Source: Candidatus Eiseniibacteriota bacterium (GTDB taxonomy: Bacteria > Eisenbacteria > RBG-16-71-46 > JABDJR01). From it: a DNA stretch of 64,000 nucleotides. Both the position numbers and the translations under genes were made by a program. Location: the NCBI GenBank assembly GCA_963762255.1, contig CAVXKA010000001.1, positions 960,001-1,024,000 of the forward strand, read 5' to 3'. The notes below the pieces were generated by a model. That model made no database searches. It had not been told where the DNA came from and was given only the letters and a program-made list of their open reading frames with translations. This document shows positions 29,141 through 37,707 of this stretch, one piece after another (the first letter of the stretch is position 1; the number at the start of each line of letters is the position of its first letter).

Positions 29141-29398
29141 ATGTTGGAGCTGTTGCTCCTCGCCTTCGGGATTCTGGTTCTCGTGCTCGTCGCCAAGCTC
29201 GTCTTTGCGGTGCTGGGGCTGGCGTTCCACGTCATCCTCTTCCCGTTCAAACTCTTGGCCGGGCTCTTCCTCTTCCTGCTCTGCCTGCCGCTCCTGCTCA
29301 TCTTCGTGCCGCTGGCCCTGGTTGCGGCGGTGGGTCTGGGGGTGACGCTGCTGATCGGCGGGGTGTTCCTGCTCGTGGGAGCGCTGTTCGCTCTCTAG
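29141..29398 (+). CDS. Small hydrophobic membrane protein
   Basis: 85 aa, almost wholly hydrophobic; RBS AGGGGG; GC3-rich codons. Confidence 0.65.
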   Translation: MLELLLLAFGILVLVLVAKLVFAVLGLAFHVILFPFKLLAGLFLFLLCLPLLLIFVPLALVAAVGLGVTLLIGGVFLLVGALFAL

Positions 29399-29425
29399 CC
29401 TGCGTGCGTCGGCCGACTTCCGGGG

Positions 29426-31075
29426 TCAGGCCAGCATGGACGGCAGATAGCCCTCGGGCGGCGCGAAGCCGAGCAGCTCGAACAGGGTAGCGGCGACGTT
29501 GGCGAGCCCCGCCTCGGGCAAGTCACGCCGAAACTCGACCGGCCCGCCGTCGGCCCTGTAGATCCAGAAGCCCACCGGGTTGAGGCTATGGCTGGTGCGG
29601 GCCACCAGACTCCCATCCTCGTGCCGCTTCGGCTTGCCGCTCTTGTCCCGCTCGGCCATGTCGTCGGCGTTGCCGTGATCGGCGGTGACCACGAGCGTGG
29701 TCTTCGTTCGCTCCACCACTTCCAGGATGCGCCCCAGGCACATGTCCACCGCCTCCACCGCGATCACGGTGGGTTCGAACTTGCCCGTGTGTCCGACCAT
29801 GTCGCCGTTGGCGAAGTTGACGCGCAGGAAGCGGTGCCGGCCCGAATCGAGGGCTTCCAGAAGCCGGTCGGTGACTTCCGCCGCCTTCATCCACGGACGC
29901 TGGTCGAAGGGGACGTCATCGGAGGGGACCTCGGTGTAGGTCTCATAGGAGGGATCGAACATGCCGCTGCGGTTGCCGTTCCAGAAATAGGTCACATGCC
30001 CGTACTTCTGGGTTTCCGACATGGCGAACTGGGGGACATGGGCCGCAGCGAGGTACTCACCCATCGTGCGGTCAATGGCGGGTGGCGACACCAGGAAGTG
30101 GCGCGGGATCTTGAAATCGGCGTCGTATTGCGTCATCCCCGCGTAGAAAAGATCCGGGATCCGGCCGCGATCGAACTTGTCGAACTCGGGGCCTCCATCG
30201 AACGCGCGACTCACCTCCATCGCGCGGTCGCCCCGGTAGTTGAAGAAGATCACCGAGTCGCCGTCCTTCATCGGCGCAACCGGCTTGCCGTCGGCGCCCA
30301 CCACGAAAGACGGAAGGTACTGGTCGATGATCCCCGGCTCCTCGCGACGAAAGGTCCCGACGGCCTCGCGCGCGCTCGCGAACAGCCTTCCCTTGCCATG
30401 CACCTGCGCGTTCCAGCCGCGCTCCACCATCCCCCAGTCATTCTCGTAGCGGTCCATGGTGGTCTTCATGCGCCCGCCCCCCGAGGCGATGCAATACCGC
30501 CGGCCGCCCTTGGCGTTGATCTTCGCGAGAAGCGCCTCGAGCCGGTCCACGTAGTCGAGCGCAGAGGTCTCGGGGACGTCGCGCCCGTCGAGGAGCGCAT
30601 GCACGACGACCTCGGGGAAACCGTCGGCGTCGGCGCGGCGGATCAGAGCGGCAAGGTGCTGCTCGTGGCTATGCACGTTGCCGTCGGAGAGGAGCCCGAT
30701 GAGATGGAGCGCTCCCCCCTTGCTGCAGCGGGCGGCGATTCGCTTCCACGTCTCGCCCGTGAAGATGGCTCCGGTCTCGATGGCGGCGTTCACGAGGCGT
30801 GCGCCCTGCTCGATGATGCGCCCCGCCCCCATCGCGTTGTGGCCGACCTCGGAATTGCCCATGTCTTCATCGGACGGCAGCCCCACCGCGGTGCCGTGGG
30901 CGCGGACGGTCCGGTAGACCCCGATGCGGTGAAGCCGGTCGAGAACCGGGGTGCGGGCCTGAGCGACCGCGTCGGCTTCGTCGCCGGTGCCCACGCCGAT
31001 CCCGTCCATGATGACGAGCAGGACGGGGCCCGCGGAGGGGAGAACGCGATGCGAGGGCTTGAGCGAGAGACTCAC
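29426..31075 (-). CDS. gpmI: 2,3-bisphosphoglycerate-independent phosphoglycerate mutase
   Basis: IMDGIG, DMGNSEVGH, LSDGNVHSH, DGRD, SETQKYGHVTYFWNG, NGDMVGHTG, TADHGN; GTG start overlaps the OPT stop. Confidence 0.95.
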   Translation of the reverse strand: MSLSLKPSHRVLPSAGPVLLVIMDGIGVGTGDEADAVAQARTPVLDRLHRIGVYRTVRAHGTAVGLPSDEDMGNSEVGHNAMGAGRIIEQGARLVNAAIETGAIFTGETWKRIAARCSKGGALHLIGLLSDGNVHSHEQHLAALIRRADADGFPEVVVHALLDGRDVPETSALDYVDRLEALLAKINAKGGRRYCIASGGGRMKTTMDRYENDWGMVERGWNAQVHGKGRLFASAREAVGTFRREEPGIIDQYLPSFVVGADGKPVAPMKDGDSVIFFNYRGDRAMEVSRAFDGGPEFDKFDRGRIPDLFYAGMTQYDADFKIPRHFLVSPPAIDRTMGEYLAAAHVPQFAMSETQKYGHVTYFWNGNRSGMFDPSYETYTEVPSDDVPFDQRPWMKAAEVTDRLLEALDSGRHRFLRVNFANGDMVGHTGKFEPTVIAVEAVDMCLGRILEVVERTKTTLVVTADHGNADDMAERDKSGKPKRHEDGSLVARTSHSLNPVGFWIYRADGGPVEFRRDLPEAGLANVAATLFELLGFAPPEGYLPSMLA

Positions 31076-33093
31076 GGCGTCCCCTTCGCCAGCGCCAACA
31101 TGATCGGGATGAGAATGATGAGAATCCCCATCAGGCTCTCCCCGGCGATGAGCCCCGAGGCGACCGGGAATGCATAGAGAGCGTGGGACTTCGCGCTTAG
31201 CTTCTGCAGGAGCCACACGAGGAGTCCGCCAAGGAACATCGAGAACCCGTAATAGAAGTGGAACGTGAAGGCGAGGCCGAGTCCCATGGGAGAAGGAACC
31301 CACACGCGGTAGCGCGGCGGGAGGACGCGCGGCAGGAGCACCAGTACGATGCCCACCAGCCCGCCGATTACGAGGGCCACCCGTGCGGTTGGATGAAGTG
31401 CGTGCAGCCCCTGGGAAAGAAGTTGCGCGACCGAGGCCCAGACCAGGGCGGAGGGCGCGGGCCACCGGTCGGTGCCGAGGGAGTCGGCCGTGGGTACGAG
31501 CAGGAAGAAGATAGGCACCGTTACCGCCGTGCCGACGAAGATCCCGGCGAATTGGGCCAGGAACTGCTTGCGCGGGTTCGCGCCGAGGATGTACCCGCTC
31601 TTCAAGTCGATGAGCAGGTCGGAGGCGCTGTCGGCGATGCCGGCGGTGATCCCCGCCGCCATGAGGTTGACGCTCTTGGTCTGCATCGGAGCGTTGACGC
31701 GCATCGAGTGCGGAGTGATGGCGCCGTACATGAGCTGAGTGACCTTGCCCATGGCCCCGACCGGGGTGGTGTCCGTTTCGCCGGTCACTCGGCAGGCGAC
31801 CAACGCGAGGAAGAACGAGAGAATCACCGCGAGGAGCCCCATCCAGACCGGCATCGCGAACGCGAGGTATGCGATCCAGACGACACCGAAGGTGCCGATC
31901 AACGTTCCCGCGGCGAACCAGGATGGGGGCACCTCGATCCTGTCCATCGCATCGGCATCGCTGTTGCGAGTCCGCTCCGCGCGCGGTCGGACGAGCGCGG
32001 TCAGCCCGCTCAGGGCCCGCGCTACCGCTTTCCACTGGAGCGCGAACGCGAGCAGTCCGCTCGTCACCATGCACGCGGCCCCGGGCCAGAGACTCCACGA
32101 CACCATGGTGCGGTAGTCAAGCGTCTCGATGACTCCCATCCGATGCATCTGGGGCACCAGAACGACCCAGCAGAGGATGGAGCCGAGAAGCACGCTGGCC
32201 GCCACGCGGAGCCCCATGAGCGCTCCTCCGGCCAGGAGGAGCACGCTTCCCTCCATCCCCACCGTGTACTGGAACGCGCTCGAACCGAAGACCGGGTAGG
32301 CGTACTTCAGCACCGCATAGTCGCGTGCCGTCACTCCGATCTCTTGCAGCATGGTGAGGCCTTCGCTCAGGAACTTCACTGTCGCGCCGAAGCCGACGGC
32401 CAGGAACAGGGAGCGCGCGCTCTTCTCCCCGTCCTTGGCGCTCGTCACCGTGCCTTCGACGTCCTTGGCCGCTTCCATTGCCGCTTCTTCCGCGGACTTT
32501 ATGGTGTCCGGTTCCTCATCCCCGGTCTCCATGAGCGGCCCCGCGAGGGCGGGGCGATGCTGGGTGTCGTTGTGGAGGCTGCGCAGGGTCATGGCCGCGG
32601 CGATGCCTGATGGGAACCGGAGCCGTTCGACGTTGATCATCTGCCGCTTCATCGGAATGGCCAGCGTCACCCCGAGCACGGCCAAGAAGAAGATCCACGC
32701 GGTGAGGAGCCCGTAGGGGATGTGATGGCCGGTCACGATCAGGTAGGCCGCCACCGCCGAGATCAGCGTCCCTCCCGTCGAGTACCCGGCCGCGGAGGCG
32801 GTGGACTGCATGGCGTTGTTCTCGAGAATGCTCATGTCCGTCCGCGCGAGCCCCAGCTTGCGGACGCCCTTCCAGATCGCGAACGAGAGGACGCAGGCGG
32901 TGATGGCCACGCCGAAGCCCCACCCCGTCTTGAGTCCGACGTAGAGGTTGGTCATGGAGAGGACCGCGCCGAGGCCAGCCCCCATCAGCACGGCGCGCCA
33001 GGTGAGTTGGCGCATATCCCCGCGGTAGTGGTCCCGAAACCACTGGTGCTCGAGTTCCTCGGGGGAGCGTGTGGAGGTGGAGCGAGCGGCCAT
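31072..33093 (-). CDS. OPT (YSL-type) oligopeptide transporter
   Basis: QLTWRAV, NLYVGLKTGW, ENNAMQSTASA, FPSG, GETDTTP, DLKSGYILGANPRKQ, ASGLIAGESL. Confidence 0.92.
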   Translation of the reverse strand: MAARSTSTRSPEELEHQWFRDHYRGDMRQLTWRAVLMGAGLGAVLSMTNLYVGLKTGWGFGVAITACVLSFAIWKGVRKLGLARTDMSILENNAMQSTASAAGYSTGGTLISAVAAYLIVTGHHIPYGLLTAWIFFLAVLGVTLAIPMKRQMINVERLRFPSGIAAAMTLRSLHNDTQHRPALAGPLMETGDEEPDTIKSAEEAAMEAAKDVEGTVTSAKDGEKSARSLFLAVGFGATVKFLSEGLTMLQEIGVTARDYAVLKYAYPVFGSSAFQYTVGMEGSVLLLAGGALMGLRVAASVLLGSILCWVVLVPQMHRMGVIETLDYRTMVSWSLWPGAACMVTSGLLAFALQWKAVARALSGLTALVRPRAERTRNSDADAMDRIEVPPSWFAAGTLIGTFGVVWIAYLAFAMPVWMGLLAVILSFFLALVACRVTGETDTTPVGAMGKVTQLMYGAITPHSMRVNAPMQTKSVNLMAAGITAGIADSASDLLIDLKSGYILGANPRKQFLAQFAGIFVGTAVTVPIFFLLVPTADSLGTDRWPAPSALVWASVAQLLSQGLHALHPTARVALVIGGLVGIVLVLLPRVLPPRYRVWVPSPMGLGLAFTFHFYYGFSMFLGGLLVWLLQKLSAKSHALYAFPVASGLIAGESLMGILIILIPIMLALAKGTP

Positions 33094-33454
33094 GGCGAAC
33101 TTTCTCCTTCAGGGGCCTGTACGAGGGGATCCACAACATACAGGGACAGCGGGGGTTTGACCACGGGGGGATGGGGGATCTGCTGCCTGAGCGGGGCGGG
33201 ATCCTCAGGGTCTGGCCGCCGCTCCGGGGCATTTTCTTCACTCTCTCGCCGGATACCGGCGAGGGGTTGAGTCGGGGAGCCCGGTTGCCGATAATGCTGC
33301 CGATACCGCAATCGCGGCGCCGACCCATTCGACTCCGGGAGCCTCTCCCTGAAGCCCGTCCCAGACTTCCCGAATCGGTCTCGCTAGCGGCGCCTCGAAG
33401 GAAAGTCTGAAGGGCGGAGCACACCCGCCGATCTTGTCGCCAGGAGGAGGATCC

Positions 33455-34369
33455 ATGTTCACAGGACCGAAGTGTCGTGTTGTCTCCCGCCGCGCTCTGG
33501 CCGCTCTGGTCGCCTTGCCGGCGATCTTGTCGGTGGCGGTCTGTTCAGCCTCGTCTTCCACCGAGCCGCTCACCGGGCCGGCTTTCACCTACGTGAGCCA
33601 GGAAGCGGTGGACGGAATCGCTCAGATCTCCGTCACTTATTCGAGCGACGGAGCCTCTGTGCGCGGTGTGGTCTATCTTCCGACCGGGAGCGGGAGCCAT
33701 CCGGGCGTGCTCCTCAACCACGATGGCAGCCATGGGATCGACGCGGCGCTGATGCGTCGGGCGCGCGATCTGGCCAAGCAGGGCTACGTCGTGATGACCC
33801 CGGCCTATCGCTCCGATTCCGGGAGCCTGGGCAAGGCCACCGAGAACACGCAGGAGGTCGGTGACGTGCTGGCGGCGGCGCAGGGTCTCGCCCAGCATCC
33901 CCGCGTGGCGGACAAGCAGCTCGCCATCATGGGCACCAGCCACGGCGCGTTCGTCTCGATGCTGGCGGTCATGCAGAACCCCAAGCAGTTCCGCTGTGTG
34001 GCGCAGGCCAGCGGCGCCGCCGATGTTCCTCGCGAAGCGGCAAAGGTCAAGATCCCGATCCTGCTCCAGCATGGCTGGAAGGACGACGTGGTGGAGATCG
34101 GGGACGCCATGTACCTGAGCGCGGAGATGCGGCGCAACGGCAACGCAACCGCCAGGCTTCGTGAGTACTCGCTCCTCGGTCACAACCTCTGGTTCTCGAA
34201 CGACCCCGGCGCGTTCAGTCAGGATCTGATCTCACAGGCCGACTGGGCCTGGGAGGATCTCACGACCTTCCTCGACACCTACATGCAGCGCGGTCAGGCG
34301 AACACGCGGACCCCCGACGATCGCCAGCCGGTCAAGGCAGGGATGGGCGTGACGCCCTCCGGGCAGTAG
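33455..34369 (+). CDS. Exported alpha/beta hydrolase (S9 peptidase / dienelactone hydrolase-like)
   Basis: RBS GGAGGAGG; signal-like N-terminus; GTSHG nucleophile elbow, HGWKDDVV, GHN. Confidence 0.8.
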   Translation: MFTGPKCRVVSRRALAALVALPAILSVAVCSASSSTEPLTGPAFTYVSQEAVDGIAQISVTYSSDGASVRGVVYLPTGSGSHPGVLLNHDGSHGIDAALMRRARDLAKQGYVVMTPAYRSDSGSLGKATENTQEVGDVLAAAQGLAQHPRVADKQLAIMGTSHGAFVSMLAVMQNPKQFRCVAQASGAADVPREAAKVKIPILLQHGWKDDVVEIGDAMYLSAEMRRNGNATARLREYSLLGHNLWFSNDPGAFSQDLISQADWAWEDLTTFLDTYMQRGQANTRTPDDRQPVKAGMGVTPSGQ

Positions 34370-34651
34370 GCGGCCGGCTTTCCCCGACGCCGCCCGAACA
34401 GCAGCGGGTCGCATCGGGAAGAGCGCGCGGGGGCGCGGCCTCGAGGTCGCGCCCCCCTCCAGTTCTATGCGGCCTGGACAGCCATTCCGAGGTGGCTGTA
34501 CAGGGTCCCGCGATTCTGGCAGACTGCCCCGACTTGGCAGGGACGGAGCATTCCCAGTGTGCCCGCCGCAGAGGTACCCGGACTCGTTTCGCCGGCGGCG
34601 CCGACCGAAGCGGCTGACCCGTCCTCATAACCAAAGAAAGGCAGTGTATTC

Positions 34652-35116
34652 ATGAGAAGATTCGCTGTTCTGCTCGTTGTTCTCGGCGCGACGCTGCACG
34701 CGGGCGTCGCCCTCGCCGGAAAGACCAATACGGGCTGCGGACTCGGGACGATGATCTTCAAGAACGAGGACGGCCTGTTCTCCCAGGTCTGCGCCGCGAC
34801 CACCAACGCCAGCTTCGGGAATCAGACCTTCGGGATCACCTCGGGCACGCTCGAGTGCGAGAAACCCGCCACCTTCGCGTCGAACGAGAAGCTGAACACG
34901 TTCGTCGCAGAGAACATGGACAACCTGGCCCGGGATATCGCCCGGGGGGATGGGGAGTATCTGAGCACGCTAGCCGTCCTGCTCGACGTTCCGGTCCAGG
35001 AGCGGTCCGCCCTCTACACGCGGCTTCAGGCGAACTTCTCCACGATCTACACCTCTGCGGAGGTGACGCATCTCGACGTCCTCCGGAACCTCGAGACCCT
35101 CCTGTCGTCGATCTGA
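34652..35116 (+). CDS. DUF3015 family secreted protein
   Basis: Signal peptide; GCGLG, AATTN, NQTFGITSGTLEC, FVAENMDNLARDIARGDGEYL. Confidence 0.9.
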   Translation: MRRFAVLLVVLGATLHAGVALAGKTNTGCGLGTMIFKNEDGLFSQVCAATTNASFGNQTFGITSGTLECEKPATFASNEKLNTFVAENMDNLARDIARGDGEYLSTLAVLLDVPVQERSALYTRLQANFSTIYTSAEVTHLDVLRNLETLLSSI

Positions 35117-35157
35117 CGTCACCGGGCCGGTTGAATCGGTTGCGGGGGAGCGCACGG

Positions 35158-37068
35158 ATGGTTTCGGCGATCCGGGTGCTCCCCCTTCTCCTTGTCCTCG
35201 CCCTATCATGGACCGCGGCGGTGGCTTCGGCGGCGCCCCCCGCGCCTGAGGATCGCTACGTGGAGGGCCTCGTGGAAACGGCCCGCCGCGAGGCCCTCCA
35301 CGAGGATGCGTACTGGCGCACCTTGCTCCATTACAAACGCGGGCTCTTCGGGCTGCGGAGCCTGGTTGACGACCCCACCTTCTTCCTCTCCAAGGACGGC
35401 AAGCACGATCCGGAAGCGGAGCTCGCAGCCACGATCCGCTCCTTCTTCGAGGCTCCCGACACCGCGCGGGTCCATCCGGTCTGCCGGTTCCCAGCCCGAT
35501 TCGCCTGGCTGTCGGAAGTCCTGAACCTGGACCCGTCGCGCTTGCCGGTTCCGGTCTGCGAGTCCTTCGAGGCGCTCGCGGAGGCCATCCAGCCCCGGTC
35601 GGTCACGCTCATCTTTCCCACCGCGCACATGAACAGCCCGGCGTCCATGTACGGACACACGCTCCTGACGGTCGAGTCCGCCCGCGGCGGTCGGCTGCTG
35701 TCGTACGCGATCAACTACGCGGCGGTGACCACCGACACCTTCGGTCCCCTCTACATCGTCAAGGGCCTCTTCGGAAGCTACGACGGCTATTTCTCGATCC
35801 TGCCGTACTACGCCAAGCTTCAGGAGTACAGCGACGTCAACGATCGCGACATCTGGGAGTATCCGTTGAACCTGGACCCGGAGGAGGTCCGGAGACTCCT
35901 GATGCACATCCGCGAACTCGAGGGGATCCGGTCCGATTACTACTTCTTCAAGGAGAACTGCTCCTACGATCTCCTCTTCCTGCTCGAGGCCGCGCGACCG
36001 TCCCTGCGACTGACCGACGAATTCGACGGATGGGTCATCCCCCTCGACACGATCCGGGCGGTCAAGAAGGGCGGTCTCATCCGGGAGGCGGTGTACCGGC
36101 CGTCGAAGTCGACGAAGATTCGGCACATCGCCTCGCGACTCGGCGCCGAGGGCCGGCGCAGCGCCCTCGCCATCGCGGCGGGAACGCTCGATCCGGGGGA
36201 CATCCTGGTCCGTGAGCCCGATCGGGGCGGGCAGGCCCGGATCCTCGATCTGGCGGTCGAGGTCCTCCAGTACAGGAACGCCAAGGGCGAGATCGAGCTG
36301 GGCGCCTACCAGGAACGGTTCCTCCGCGCCTTGCGCGCCCGCAGTGGGCTGGGAGAGCAGGACGAAGACGCTCACTCTGTCCAGAGCCCCGATCCGCCGG
36401 ACGAGGGGCACCGATCCAATCGCATCTACCTTGGCGGCGGCATCCGCGAGGACCAGGGTTTCGCCGAGGTGAGGCTCCGACCCGCCTACCACGACCTTCT
36501 CGACAGCGATCGTGGATACACGCGCGGCTCGCAGATCGTCTTTATCGATACCGCCCTGCGCTACCATCCCCGGACGGAGAGGCTCGAGCTGGAGCGCCTC
36601 GACCTGATCGACATCGTCTCCATCGCCCCGCGGAGCCAATTCTTCAAGCACACGTCCTGGAAGGTGAACACCGGTCTGTTCCGCCGGTTCACGCGGGACG
36701 GTGGGAATCATCTCGTCTACGGGTTCAACACCGGCTTCGGCCCGGCCTTCGAGGGGAAGGTGCCCGGGCTTCTCTACACCTTCGTCGAAACGGATCTGCA
36801 GGTAGGGGGCGCGCTCGACCACGACTACGCGCTCGGGGCCGGACTTTCCGTCGGGCTCGTGAGGAACCTGACCAAGGACTGGAAGCTCCACGTCCACGCG
36901 AAGGACGTCTACTACGCGCTGGGCGAGGATGGACACCGGCTGACCGCCGGCCTGGGACAGGGGTGGCGGTTGGGCCACGATCTCGGCCTGTCGCTGACGA
37001 CCGGGGTGAGCCGGGAGCGGGATCGATCCCGATTCGAGACGACCGTCGGATGGAACATCTACTTCTAA
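35158..37068 (+). CDS. DUF4105 (Lnb_N) domain outer-membrane protein
   Basis: WRTLLHY, CRFPAR, NSPASMYGHTLL, RDIWEYPLNL, YYFFKENCSY, RPAYHDLLD; C-terminal beta-barrel ending WNIYF. Confidence 0.88.
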   Translation: MVSAIRVLPLLLVLALSWTAAVASAAPPAPEDRYVEGLVETARREALHEDAYWRTLLHYKRGLFGLRSLVDDPTFFLSKDGKHDPEAELAATIRSFFEAPDTARVHPVCRFPARFAWLSEVLNLDPSRLPVPVCESFEALAEAIQPRSVTLIFPTAHMNSPASMYGHTLLTVESARGGRLLSYAINYAAVTTDTFGPLYIVKGLFGSYDGYFSILPYYAKLQEYSDVNDRDIWEYPLNLDPEEVRRLLMHIRELEGIRSDYYFFKENCSYDLLFLLEAARPSLRLTDEFDGWVIPLDTIRAVKKGGLIREAVYRPSKSTKIRHIASRLGAEGRRSALAIAAGTLDPGDILVREPDRGGQARILDLAVEVLQYRNAKGEIELGAYQERFLRALRARSGLGEQDEDAHSVQSPDPPDEGHRSNRIYLGGGIREDQGFAEVRLRPAYHDLLDSDRGYTRGSQIVFIDTALRYHPRTERLELERLDLIDIVSIAPRSQFFKHTSWKVNTGLFRRFTRDGGNHLVYGFNTGFGPAFEGKVPGLLYTFVETDLQVGGALDHDYALGAGLSVGLVRNLTKDWKLHVHAKDVYYALGEDGHRLTAGLGQGWRLGHDLGLSLTTGVSRERDRSRFETTVGWNIYF

Positions 37069-37094
37069 GGACCGAACCGATGGGTGAGGGGAGA

Positions 37095-37631
37095 ATGAGA
37101 CTCGCGCTGCTCCTGCCGCTCTTCCTCTCCGTGGCCTGCGCCGGCGCCCCGCCGGCCGGTGGACCCGCGGTTTCCGTCGAGGCTTCGACCCCCTGCGATG
37201 GGCCTCTCACGGAGGCGCTTGCGCTGCTGGCGGAAGGCGCGGTGGATCCGTGCTCCATCTGCGCAGAGAAGTCGCGGCGAAAGGCGTTCCGCATTCTGGA
37301 CAAGCACTTCGGTCCGGGCACGGTGCTGAGAAGCGGAACGGGATGCCGATTCACGCTGATGGCTGGCGACCAGCATGAACTCGTCCTCGGCACCGGGGAG
37401 GGGGAGGCCAGCCTGACCTTCAGGTTCCATGTGCCCGGGGATCGCCTTGTGGGGATCGCCGAGGCCGACCTGACCGACGAGCGGATCGCGGCGGCAGTCC
37501 TGGGTGGGGCGGCGGTGACGGCCATCCGGATCGCCAGGTATGCCTACGGCGACGGGCCGACCTATCTCTTCTTCCCGGCGAGCAACCACCTCCAGGTTCA
37601 GTGCAGGATCCTGGAGATTGCCGCAGAGTAG
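37095..37631 (+). CDS. Putative lipoprotein
   Basis: MRLALLLPLFLSVAC lipobox; RBS GAGGGGAG. Confidence 0.65.
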   Translation: MRLALLLPLFLSVACAGAPPAGGPAVSVEASTPCDGPLTEALALLAEGAVDPCSICAEKSRRKAFRILDKHFGPGTVLRSGTGCRFTLMAGDQHELVLGTGEGEASLTFRFHVPGDRLVGIAEADLTDERIAAAVLGGAAVTAIRIARYAYGDGPTYLFFPASNHLQVQCRILEIAAE

Positions 37632-37707
37632 GCGGCCTCGGGGTGCTGATCGGGGGCCCGGGTACGCATTCCTTGCTCCTCGCCCCTCCAGCGCGCACAA
37701 TAGGGGC

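Noticed and set aside
29426-32098. 890-aa ORF suggesting an N-terminally extended GpmI
   Set aside because: The extension is an off-frame read of the OPT gene; the real start is GTG 31075. The same artefact affects the track ORFs for the MFS, DUF4105, pdxT, EamA, PhzF, NAT, rpmE and DUF1385 genes.
33131-33146. NrdR-box-like CCACAACATACAGGGA upstream of the OPT gene
   Set aside because: Only the left half matches, it is a single copy, and it is better explained as a minus-strand -10 element (TATGTT).
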